This document shows positions 18,657-26,849 of a stretch of DNA of 64,000 nt, one piece after another. The notes under the pieces were generated by a model. It ran no database searches and had not been told where the DNA came from. It saw only the letters and a list, made by a program, of their open reading frames with translations. The first letter of the stretch is position 1, and each line of letters opens with the position of its first letter. Origin of the DNA: an uncultured Planctomycetales bacterium. Lineage in GTDB: Bacteria; Omnitrophota; Gorgyraeia; Gygaellales; Profunditerraquicolaceae. The position numbers were made by a program, and so were the translations under genes. Location: assembly GCA_964545575.1 (NCBI GenBank), contig CAZJFL010000009.1, positions 19,574-83,573 of the forward strand, given 5' to 3'.

Positions 18657-20046
18657 AATTAGCAATAGGCAAAGCAAAGGCAGGCAGGAAGAGTTGCGGG
18701 ATTTAGAAGCGAAATTCTGTTCCTGGGGGGATACCGTGCATTATGCCAAGAACCCCAAAATATTTTCCCGCGCCGAGGGGTGCTATCTTTATGACCGGGA
18801 GGGCGTTGCGTATTTAGACCTGCAGATGTGGTATTCGGCGGCCAATTTTGGCTATAAGAACAACAGGTTAAATCAGGCGCTGAAAGACCAGATCGATGAG
18901 CTTCCGCAGCTTGCCTGTCAGTACCTCCATGAAGAAAAGATTGCACTCGCCGCCAAGATCGCCCAGCGCATAGAATTGACTTTTGAGGAAAAAGGAAGGG
19001 TGCATTTTAATGTCGGCGGTTCCGCGGCGGTGGAAGATTCCTTAAAATTAGTCCGCAACCATACGGGCAAGAACCTGGTCTTTGCCTTTATGGGCGGTTA
19101 TCACGGAAGGACCTTGGGCGCCTCCGCCATTACCTCCAGTTACCGCTACAGGGAAAAGTTCGGGCATTTTTCAGACCGGGCGCATTTTATTCCCTACCCC
19201 TATTGTTTCCGCTGCCCTTACGGAAAAAGAAAAGAATCCTGCGAATTGTATTGCCTGAAACAATTCGAGCGCCTTTTTGAGAGCGAGTATTATTCGGTAT
19301 TAAACACCAAGACCAACAAATGCGAATTCGGGGCTTTCTATATAGAGGCGGTGCAGGGGACAGGCGGCTACATCATCCCTCCGCGCGAATATTTTTCCAA
19401 ATTAAAAGAGATACTGGATAGATATAATATACTCCTGGTGGATGATGAAGTTCAGATGGGATTTTTCCGGACCGGAAAGTTCTGGGCGATAGAACACTTT
19501 GATGTGGTGCCCGATATTATCGTATTCGGTAAAGCCCTTACCAACGGCCTTAACCCGCTTTCGGGGATCTGGGCTAAAGAGAATCTTATTTCTCCCGAAG
19601 CATTCCCTGCCGGATCTACCCATTCCACATTTTCTGCTAATCCTCTGGGCACAGCCGTAGGTCTGGAAACGATGAAACTGATAGAAGAATCAAAGTTCGC
19701 CGCAGAAATACCCGAGAAGGGAGAGTATCTGGTATCCAGATTTAAAAATCTGCAGAAGAAATACCGCCAGATAGGGGATGTCGACGGGTTGGGCCTGGCC
19801 TTAAGGATAGAAATCTGTTATGAAGACGGCTTTACCCCCAATAAAGAACTGACCGACGCCATAACCGATATCGGCCTTGAGGGAAAACTTTCTTATCAAG
19901 GCAAAAAGATGGGATTAGTCTTGGATGTCGGCGGCTACTATAAAAACGTCTTTACCATTGCGCCCTCATTCTATATTTCAAAGGAAGAAATGGATCTTGC
20001 CGTTGAACTCTTCGAAAAGGCTTTGCAGCTTGCGCTTAAAATTTAA
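18634..20046 (+). CDS. Class III PLP-dependent aminotransferase
   Basis: 470 aa with GGYHGRT, DEVQMGFFRTG, FGKAL and THSTFSANP motifs. Confidence 0.75.
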   Translation: MVRKEKVKISNRQSKGRQEELRDLEAKFCSWGDTVHYAKNPKIFSRAEGCYLYDREGVAYLDLQMWYSAANFGYKNNRLNQALKDQIDELPQLACQYLHEEKIALAAKIAQRIELTFEEKGRVHFNVGGSAAVEDSLKLVRNHTGKNLVFAFMGGYHGRTLGASAITSSYRYREKFGHFSDRAHFIPYPYCFRCPYGKRKESCELYCLKQFERLFESEYYSVLNTKTNKCEFGAFYIEAVQGTGGYIIPPREYFSKLKEILDRYNILLVDDEVQMGFFRTGKFWAIEHFDVVPDIIVFGKALTNGLNPLSGIWAKENLISPEAFPAGSTHSTFSANPLGTAVGLETMKLIEESKFAAEIPEKGEYLVSRFKNLQKKYRQIGDVDGLGLALRIEICYEDGFTPNKELTDAITDIGLEGKLSYQGKKMGLVLDVGGYYKNVFTIAPSFYISKEEMDLAVELFEKALQLALKI

Positions 20047-20112
20047 TCCCCGTAGTCATTAAAAGTCCGGCAGTAAAACCCCGATAAAACTTTATATTTA
20101 GTATTTTTGTGT

Positions 20113-20118
20113 TATAAT
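20113..20118 (+). promoter_or_regulatory. Extended -10 element (TGTGTTATAAT) ending 10 nt before the ATG at 20129, a possible leaderless promoter
   Basis: TGn-TATAAT is seen in sequence. The -35 box is weak. Confidence 0.35.
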
Positions 20119-20128
20119 ATTTCCCCAT

Positions 20129-20974
20129 ATGGAAAATAACCATAAGGAAAACGGTATTTTTTTAAAAGGTAACGATAAAGCAGTCCTGCTGATTCACGGC
20201 ATCACCGGCACCCCGGCGGAAATGAACTATATCGCTCGGGCTATCCATAAGGCAGGTTATACGGTCATCTGCAATACCCTTCCGCATCACTGCAGCAGCC
20301 TTAGTGAGTTAAAAAAGGTCACCTGGCAGGAGATTCTCCAGTTCTGTAAAGACGACTTAGAGAAGCTTAAAAAACAGTATTCCCGGGTATTTGTGGGAGG
20401 GCTTTCCATGGGCGCCTTAATCAGTATGCACCTTGCCTATAAGTTGCCGCAGGAAGTCCGAGGTATCATCGCCCTTTCCCCGACTCTCTTTTATGACGGA
20501 TGGGCGATACATAAAGGGCAGGCGCTGATGCCCCTGGTTTGGCACATTCCTTTTTTAAGGAAGGCAATTAATATCCGGGAAAGCTCTCCCTACGGGCTGA
20601 AGGATGAATTTTTAAGAGAAAATATCCGTAAGTTCTACAGCAGGGCAAAAGTAAATGATGCCAGCGGAAAAACCGTTATGTTTGGCAGCCCGTTTTTCCC
20701 ACTCGCCTGCCTTTACCAGCACAGCCTGTTTGTAAAAATAATAAAGAAGGAACTAAGCTGTATTAAATCCCCTGTTATCATCTTGCACGCCCGCCAGGAT
20801 GATATGACCAGCCTCCGTAATGCCCAGTATATTTTTGAGCACATCGGCTCAGAAGATAAAGGCTTAGTCGTCTTGGAAGATAGCTACCACATGATTATTA
20901 TCGATAAAGAAAAGGAAAAGGTAGCGCAGGAAGTGGTTAAGTTTCTGGACAGGCTTTCAAATTCAAGAACTTAA
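20129..20974 (+). CDS. Alpha/beta-hydrolase fold esterase/carboxylesterase
   Basis: It has the GLSMGA nucleophile elbow (GxSxG) and a His near the C-terminus. Confidence 0.7.
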   Translation: MENNHKENGIFLKGNDKAVLLIHGITGTPAEMNYIARAIHKAGYTVICNTLPHHCSSLSELKKVTWQEILQFCKDDLEKLKKQYSRVFVGGLSMGALISMHLAYKLPQEVRGIIALSPTLFYDGWAIHKGQALMPLVWHIPFLRKAINIRESSPYGLKDEFLRENIRKFYSRAKVNDASGKTVMFGSPFFPLACLYQHSLFVKIIKKELSCIKSPVIILHARQDDMTSLRNAQYIFEHIGSEDKGLVVLEDSYHMIIIDKEKEKVAQEVVKFLDRLSNSRT

Positions 20975-21346
20975 AGCCACCAGCGTTATTCCTATCACAA
21001 TAAGGACCGTGCCCAGCCAGCGTAAAATTCCCACCCTTTCTTTCAAAATAATACGCGAAGCAAAGGCAATAAATATATAATGCATGCTATCCACCGAAAA
21101 AGCAAAGTTCAATTCGGCTTTTGAAAGCACAAACAGCCAGACTGCCAGAGAGACTATGCAGAATAAGAAACCCGCCCAGACACGCGGGATGACTACTAGC
21201 CTGATAATAGAGGATATTATTTTCTTAATGCCTCTGGTGCTAAACCCTACGGAATTGATCGAGGATTTAAGCATCAGTTGGCTTATCGTATCGAATAAAC
21301 TGGTAACTACAATCAGGGATATAAGGAAGAGGCCTCCTTGTTTCAT
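20963..21346 (-). CDS. EamA/DMT-family transporter, C-terminal half (4-5 TM)
   Basis: Hydrophobic 127 aa. It overlaps the upstream half-gene by 4 nt (ATGA). Together the two halves equal a full two-domain EamA protein. Confidence 0.5.
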   Translation of the reverse strand: MKQGGLFLISLIVVTSLFDTISQLMLKSSINSVGFSTRGIKKIISSIIRLVVIPRVWAGFLFCIVSLAVWLFVLSKAELNFAFSVDSMHYIFIAFASRIILKERVGILRWLGTVLIVIGITLVALSS

Positions 21347-21825
21347 GAATGCGCATCCCTCTTTTCCCGGCTGCTAAAGGAAACGGATATTACCCCCAGG
21401 ATTATAAAAAATATACCGCCCCACCTTAACCAGGTGACCTTTTCTTTTAAGAATACTATAGAGACCAGCGGCACAAGGATGTAACTAAAACTTGCTATGG
21501 GAACGGCAATGCTTAAGTCAATTTTGGAAAGAACGCTTGACCAGATAATAAATAATATGAATACCGCCACAAAGGCTGACCAGAGAAACAGGGAAAAAAA
21601 GTTTAGCTTAAAGAATAGCGCGAGGGTAGAGAAAGACTTTATTTCTATGCCACTTCCTGACAGCGCGCTCTTTTTAAAGCAGAACTGCGCGACGGTCTCC
21701 AGGATATCCGTAGATATCAGCAAGAGGAGAATTTTTGGGGTCAGTTTATTTTTAGACATTTTGGCTTGATTGGTAAAGTATTCTATCATAAAATAAGCCG
21801 CAAGAGTAAGAAAAAATGAGCGCAT
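21343..21825 (-). CDS. EamA/DMT-family transporter, N-terminal half
   Basis: 160 aa with multiple transmembrane segments. It is paired with 20963-21346. Confidence 0.5.
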   Translation of the reverse strand: MRSFFLTLAAYFMIEYFTNQAKMSKNKLTPKILLLLISTDILETVAQFCFKKSALSGSGIEIKSFSTLALFFKLNFFSLFLWSAFVAVFILFIIWSSVLSKIDLSIAVPIASFSYILVPLVSIVFLKEKVTWLRWGGIFFIILGVISVSFSSREKRDAHS

Positions 21826-21882
21826 CGCTAGCGTAAAAACCGTTGCTGCCGGTTAGGTCTTATGGTAAAATAAACCTTTACG

Positions 21883-22287
21883 ATGACTATTCTTAAGAAG
21901 ATACCTTCCAGCTTAGAGCTAGTCCACGGATTTATTTCCCGTTTTATGAAAGAAATAAGGATCCTTTCCTTGGGGCATAATGATATTTTTGATATAAAAT
22001 TGTCTCTGGAGGAAGCCCTGGTTAATGCCATAAAGCACGGCAATAAAATGGATCCCGGGGCGTTGGTAGAATTCCGGGCCGATATTGAAGACGGCAAACT
22101 GACCATGGAAGTGACAAACGCAGGCCCCGGTTTTGATTACCAGAGCATTCCCGACCCCACGGCGCTGGATAAATTGCAAAGGACTTCCGGCCGGGGGATA
22201 TTTTTGATTAAAAAGCTGATGGATAGGGTGGAGTTTTCTGATTGCGGGCGCACCATAAAAATGATAAAATTTATACATAAGGTTTAA
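21883..22287 (+). CDS. Anti-sigma-factor-type serine kinase (RsbW/SpoIIAB-like HATPase_c)
   Basis: It has the EEALVNAIKHGN (N-box) and TNAGPGFD (G-box) motifs. Confidence 0.75.
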   Translation: MTILKKIPSSLELVHGFISRFMKEIRILSLGHNDIFDIKLSLEEALVNAIKHGNKMDPGALVEFRADIEDGKLTMEVTNAGPGFDYQSIPDPTALDKLQRTSGRGIFLIKKLMDRVEFSDCGRTIKMIKFIHKV

Positions 22288-22427
22288 CACCCAATCTTAT
22301 AGGATAGATTGGTGTGCACTTACTGTGTAACACCCAAACATATAGGATTGTTTGGTATACACTAACTGTGTTAACGCCCGAACATATATGATTGTTCGGC
22401 GTACGCTTACTGCGTAAGGAGCTAAAA
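22286..22427 (+). repeat. Three tandem copies of a ~45-nt structured unit, with the unit boundaries falling at 22286-22328, 22329-22372 and 22373-22420. Each unit reads AAC-R-CCC, then a 7-bp stem, a TATNNGAT loop, the stem complement, and a small hairpin with a TTACT-type pentaloop. The last unit ends in AAGGAG, which serves as the ribosome-binding site for the STAS gene.
   Basis: The stem sequences differ between units but stay complementary: ccaatct/agattgg, ccaaaca/tgtttgg, ccgaaca/tgttcgg. Confidence 0.7.
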
Positions 22428-22760
22428 ATGAAGATAGCCCAAGAGAAACACAATGATGTAGTCGTCTGCATATTAGACGGCGAGATCGATATCAATACTT
22501 CTCCTGAATTAAGAAAGGCCTGCGAGGTGCTCAGCAAAAATAACGAGAAGAAGGTGCTCATGGATTTATCCGGAGTTACCTATATCGATAGCTCAGGGCT
22601 GGCTACGCTTATTGAGATGTTCCAGCGCCTTAAAAAGATAGGCGGGCGCCTGCGTTTAAGCAATTTAAACGAAAAAGTCAGGAATGTTTTTGAGATCACC
22701 AAGCTTTACAAATTATTCGAGATTTTCGATACGCGCGACAGCGCATTAAGGGAATTTTAA
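22428..22760 (+). CDS. STAS-domain protein (anti-sigma-factor antagonist RsbV/SpoIIAA-like; MlaB-like position)
   Basis: It has a DLSGVTYIDSSGL phosphorylatable-serine region. The 22392 start in the ORF track only translates the upstream repeat, so the true start is the ATG at 22428. Confidence 0.75.
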   Translation: MKIAQEKHNDVVVCILDGEIDINTSPELRKACEVLSKNNEKKVLMDLSGVTYIDSSGLATLIEMFQRLKKIGGRLRLSNLNEKVRNVFEITKLYKLFEIFDTRDSALREF

Positions 22761-23548
22761 TGATCTGGCGCTTAGGAAAACTAGTCATTGATACCGTAAA
22801 GGGTATCGTTGGGGTATTTGGCCTTTTTTTTAATATCCTCTACTGGATATTTATCGGGCCGTTCAAAGGAAAATTCTCCCGGCGCCAGAGCATTTTCCAT
22901 CAGATGGTTTTTGTGGGCCTAAGTTCTATGCTGATAGTCTTTTTCGTCTCGATATTTACCGGCGTAGTGCTGGCAATGCAGTCTGCTTATCAGCTGGAAA
23001 AGATGGGGGCGGTTTTGTATGTCGCATCGCTAGTAGCGATTTCATTATGCCGCGAATTAAGCCCGGTGCTGACTGCGCTGGTAGTCGCCGGAAGGGTGGG
23101 TTCGGCATTCGCCGCGGAGTTAGGCACGATGAAAGTGAGCGAACAGATAGAAGCGCTGGATACCATGGCCATAAATCCGGTGCGTTTTCTGGCCGTGCCG
23201 AGGTTCCTGGCCTTATTTTTCATGCTGCCCTGCCTTACGGCGCTGGCAGACCTTTCGGGTATTTTAGGCGGGTATCTGGTGGGGACGAACAGCCTGGAAA
23301 TTAACCCGGATTTATACATGCAGACTACTTTTAAATACCTGGAATTGAAGGATATCAATACCGGGCTGCTAAAGGCTTTTGTCTTTGCTATCATCATCGC
23401 CCTGATCGGTTGTTACGAGGGCTTAAATACCAAAGGCGGCGCCGAAGGCGTAGGCAAGGCAACTACTAAAAGCGTCGTCACAAGCTTCATCCTGATAATC
23501 CTGGCTGACTGCGTCCTGACAGCCATATTTTATTTCTCCAAAGTATAA
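22760..23548 (+). CDS. mlaE: MlaE-family ABC transporter permease
   Basis: 262 aa with the polytopic MlaE/Ttg2B pattern. It is followed by mlaF and mlaD. Confidence 0.8.
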   Translation: MIWRLGKLVIDTVKGIVGVFGLFFNILYWIFIGPFKGKFSRRQSIFHQMVFVGLSSMLIVFFVSIFTGVVLAMQSAYQLEKMGAVLYVASLVAISLCRELSPVLTALVVAGRVGSAFAAELGTMKVSEQIEALDTMAINPVRFLAVPRFLALFFMLPCLTALADLSGILGGYLVGTNSLEINPDLYMQTTFKYLELKDINTGLLKAFVFAIIIALIGCYEGLNTKGGAEGVGKATTKSVVTSFILIILADCVLTAIFYFSKV

Positions 23549-24351
23549 TGCAAAACGAAAAAGAAGTGGTAATTTCGCTAAAGAACGTCTCCAAGTCTTT
23601 TCAGGGGAAAAAAATCATTAACAACGTCAGCTTTGATATTTTAAGGGGGGAAACCTTTGTGATTATGGGCTGCTCCGGTTCGGGCAAGAGCACCTTGCTT
23701 AGATTAATGAACGGCGCAATCAAACCGGATGAAGGCAGCATTTTTATCAAGGGTAAAGACATCACCCAGATATCTTCAGAAGGGCTGGATGAGGTTAAAA
23801 TTAGCTTCGGGATGCTTTTTCAGTATTCGGCTTTATTGGATTCTTTAAGCGTCGAGGAAAATGTAGCCCTGCCCTTAAGGGAACATACGAAATTGGCCGA
23901 GGATATCATCGGCATAATTATCAAGATGAAGCTTTCTCTGGTAGGCCTGCGCGGGTTCGAGAAACATTATCCTGCGCAGATCTCCGGAGGCATGCGTAAG
24001 CGCGTCGGCCTTGCCCGCGCCATCGCCCTTGACCCGGATATTGTCTTTTATGACGAGCCTACTTCCGGGCTTGACCCCGTAGTCGGAGGGGTAATCGATA
24101 AATTGATCAAAGATTTAAGCTCGAAGCTCTTGATTACTTCCGTAGTGGTCACCCACGATATGCAGAGCGTCTTTAATATTGCCGATAAGGTGGCCATGGT
24201 GCATAAGGGGGAACTGGTGGAGGTGGATACTCCCGAGAGGATCAAGGCCTCCCCCAATCCCTACATTCAGCAGTTTATTCACGGCAGCCCCGTTGGCCCG
24301 ATAGATTTCTTTAAGGAAGATATAGGAATAATAGAAGCGTTAGGTTTATAG
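23548..24351 (+). CDS. mlaF: MlaF-family ABC transporter ATP-binding protein
   Basis: It has Walker A (GCSGSGKST), LSGGMRKR and Walker B (FYDEPTSGLD) motifs. Confidence 0.85.
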   Translation: MQNEKEVVISLKNVSKSFQGKKIINNVSFDILRGETFVIMGCSGSGKSTLLRLMNGAIKPDEGSIFIKGKDITQISSEGLDEVKISFGMLFQYSALLDSLSVEENVALPLREHTKLAEDIIGIIIKMKLSLVGLRGFEKHYPAQISGGMRKRVGLARAIALDPDIVFYDEPTSGLDPVVGGVIDKLIKDLSSKLLITSVVVTHDMQSVFNIADKVAMVHKGELVEVDTPERIKASPNPYIQQFIHGSPVGPIDFFKEDIGIIEALGL

Positions 24352-24363
24352 CGAGGTGAGAAA

Positions 24364-25005
24364 ATGAAAAAATACGGCAATGAGTTTAAGGTCGGCTTAT
24401 TTGTTATTCTCTGCGTGTGCATATTTTTTTATCTTATTTATAGCACCGGTAAGCTTAATATCAAAAAGGAGGGTTATTATATTTATGTCGTCTTCGATGA
24501 TATCGCCGGTTTAAGCAAAAAAGCGCCGGTGATGTTAAACGGCATAGAAATAGGCAAAGTTGACAGCATGAAATTTGCCTACGATAATGAGCAGACCAAG
24601 ATTATGCTTAAGCTGTGGCTCGGTATAGATGCCAAGGTCAGGGATAATCCCGTAGTTTCGATTAAGACTTTGGGGCTGATGGGGGAAAAATACATCCAGA
24701 TAGCTTCTGTCCAGGGAGGCGGGTTTATCGCCCCTGAAACAATCCTCGCCGGCAAGTCCTACAAGGATTTAGATACCCTGACAGACCAGGCTGAGATTAT
24801 CACTAAAAACGTAGACAGCCTGGTCCTGGAGTTGAAAAAACTGGCCGCAAACCTTAACTATACCGTAGACGGCAATAAAGATAAGATTTCCCAGACTATT
24901 GCCAATTTAGAGGCAGCCTCCAAGAACTTCGAGGAGTTTAGCGACGATATTAAGCGGCACCCCTGGAAGCTACTTTTTAAAGGCAAAGAGGCTAAAACTA
25001 AATAA
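24364..25005 (+). CDS. mlaD: MlaD-family MCE-domain protein
   Basis: It has an N-terminal transmembrane segment followed by an MCE domain. Confidence 0.75.
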   Translation: MKKYGNEFKVGLFVILCVCIFFYLIYSTGKLNIKKEGYYIYVVFDDIAGLSKKAPVMLNGIEIGKVDSMKFAYDNEQTKIMLKLWLGIDAKVRDNPVVSIKTLGLMGEKYIQIASVQGGGFIAPETILAGKSYKDLDTLTDQAEIITKNVDSLVLELKKLAANLNYTVDGNKDKISQTIANLEAASKNFEEFSDDIKRHPWKLLFKGKEAKTK

Positions 25006-25018
25006 AGGGAGGGTAAAG

Positions 25019-25786
25019 ATGAAAAGGGCTTTTAATTTTTTAGTTTTTACGGCAGTAGTATTATTATTTTCCTCTTCTGTTTTTGCCCAGAGCGTAAAGA
25101 TCGTTGATTTAAAAGGCAAGGTCTTGGTTAAAAAAGAGCCTTCCGCTGATTGGCAGAAGGCTAAGGTCAATATGCTTCTTGAGAGCAGCGCAGAAATTAA
25201 GACGGATAAAAAAGCTATCTGCACCCTGGCGTTCGACGAAGAATTAAAAAATATCATGACCATAAAAGAAAATTCACAGGTAAAATTAGAGAGTATTGTT
25301 CCGGCGCAGGTCTTTCTTCCCGAAGGAAGGGTGTTTTCTTTGATTGAGAATTTATCGGCGATCGAAAAATTTGAAGTCCGCACCCCCACTGCCATCGCCG
25401 GCGCCCGCGGTACGGGTTTTTCAGTGGAAAGCCTGAACGGCCAAACATTAGCCTCATGCTATAAAGACTTTGTTTATGTTATGGGCTTGGATAAACAGGG
25501 TAATACCGGAGAGGCTAAGGAATTAGCGGAAAAGTTCGGTATTACTATAAACCCGGATGGTTCCTGGGATGGCCCTTTTGGCTTAAGCCCGGAGGCGATG
25601 AAAGAATGGCAGGATTTTATAGGTTATTTGGAAAGTTTAAGAGGCGATGGGCAGGATGAAGGAGATTCTTTGCAGGGCTTGCAGGATGAGAGTAAAGAAT
25701 CCCTCGGGGACAGCCTCTATCAGAATCGTCGGGCAGAAGAAGAGGGCAGGGAGCCGCCGGGAGATGGAACAGGAGACGGGCTTTGA
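25019..25786 (+). CDS. Secreted FecR-domain-like protein
   Basis: It has a signal peptide and a FecR-like beta-rich domain. It sits adjacent to a CHASE2 sensor, which is a recurrent pairing. Confidence 0.4.
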   Translation: MKRAFNFLVFTAVVLLFSSSVFAQSVKIVDLKGKVLVKKEPSADWQKAKVNMLLESSAEIKTDKKAICTLAFDEELKNIMTIKENSQVKLESIVPAQVFLPEGRVFSLIENLSAIEKFEVRTPTAIAGARGTGFSVESLNGQTLASCYKDFVYVMGLDKQGNTGEAKELAEKFGITINPDGSWDGPFGLSPEAMKEWQDFIGYLESLRGDGQDEGDSLQGLQDESKESLGDSLYQNRRAEEEGREPPGDGTGDGL

Positions 25787-25829
25787 TAACCGCCCGGTTA
25801 ATTTTATTGTAACGAAAAGGGGGAGCACG

Positions 25830-26837
25830 ATGAAGCATCTACTATTTTCAAGAAGTACGATAATTTTCGCAGCCTGTTTTTTGATTACCGGCAGCGCATT
25901 CGCTCAAGCCCAAGTTAGGGAAGAAAAAGAGGAGCGCCGCCTGCAACAGGTTCCGCTGGAGAAGAAATTCCTTCCGCCGGGATTAACCGCCAAAGCTTCG
26001 GTATTTGCCGGATATGACAGCAACGTAAACTTAAGCCCCTTAAAAAAAGGCGATATTTTTGAGGAGTTTTTATTTAATTTAGGTTACGGTAAACGGCTGC
26101 TGAATAAGCTGCGTTTCAGTTTTAACTATGATTTAGACGTATTGAACTATAACGAAATCACCAGCGCCTCGACTATCTTAAACCACCTGCGCTTCGGGCT
26201 GCACGATAAAATATCGATTTTTAAGGTCGGCGCAGGGTATGATTTGGCGATAGTCTATTTCAGGAATAACGACGATGATTTCTTTTTCCACAAAGGGTTC
26301 GCCTATATCGGCCAGGACCTCACCAGAAAAATCTACCACCAAGTACAGTTTGAATACGGGCTCAAAGCTTACACCGATCAAAAAGCGCTTGCCGGCGCTA
26401 TCGCCACTTATCAGGATAAGGATCGAGTTGACAGAAGATACAGCGGTATTTATAGCCTCGACTTTGCCTTGACCCCTAAGCTTAGTATGGGGTTTTTAAC
26501 CAGGTTTTCCGCTAATGAATCTAATACTATGTATCAGAGATTCTACGATTTCAAGTCCTATCAGGGTTCTCCATACTTAAGTTATTCTTTTACCAAAAAG
26601 CTGCAGGGATTGGTAAATTTTTCCTATACCCGCAAGAACTACGATAAGCGCCGGGTGACACTGGGGACGGATAAAGAAAAGGATAACTTTTACGTGGCCA
26701 GGACCGGTATCAGGTACGCTTTGAACAAAAATAATTCCCTAGCCTTGTCTTATACCTACCGCGATAACTCTTCCAATGATGACCTGGAAGAATATATGGA
26801 GAACGTATTCAGCGCAAGCTGGCAGTATAAGTTTTAG
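25830..26837 (+). CDS. Outer-membrane beta-barrel protein
   Basis: It has a signal peptide (MKHLLFSRSTIIFAACFLITGSAFAQA), alternating beta-strand pattern and a C-terminal F. The 25647 start in the ORF track overlaps the previous gene and is rejected. Confidence 0.6.
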   Translation: MKHLLFSRSTIIFAACFLITGSAFAQAQVREEKEERRLQQVPLEKKFLPPGLTAKASVFAGYDSNVNLSPLKKGDIFEEFLFNLGYGKRLLNKLRFSFNYDLDVLNYNEITSASTILNHLRFGLHDKISIFKVGAGYDLAIVYFRNNDDDFFFHKGFAYIGQDLTRKIYHQVQFEYGLKAYTDQKALAGAIATYQDKDRVDRRYSGIYSLDFALTPKLSMGFLTRFSANESNTMYQRFYDFKSYQGSPYLSYSFTKKLQGLVNFSYTRKNYDKRRVTLGTDKEKDNFYVARTGIRYALNKNNSLALSYTYRDNSSNDDLEEYMENVFSASWQYKF

Positions 26838-26849
26838 CGGGTGGGTTAG

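Noticed and set aside
22392-22427. N-terminal extensions MFGVRLLRKE... on the STAS gene (22392) and on gdhA (31796), which are identical in both
   Set aside because: They are translations of the repeated RNA unit (TTG or ATG inside the repeat). The true starts are the ATGs at 22428 and 31832, each preceded by AAGGAG(G).
22286-22427. Possible CRISPR array, given direct repeats of about 44 nt
   Set aside because: The units are contiguous with no unique spacers. They are internally palindromic with variable stems, abut a start codon, and no cas genes are nearby.
25647-25829. Upstream start for the outer-membrane protein ORF, overlapping the preceding gene by 140 nt
   Set aside because: The signal peptide begins at the internal Met (25830), and the extension has no support.
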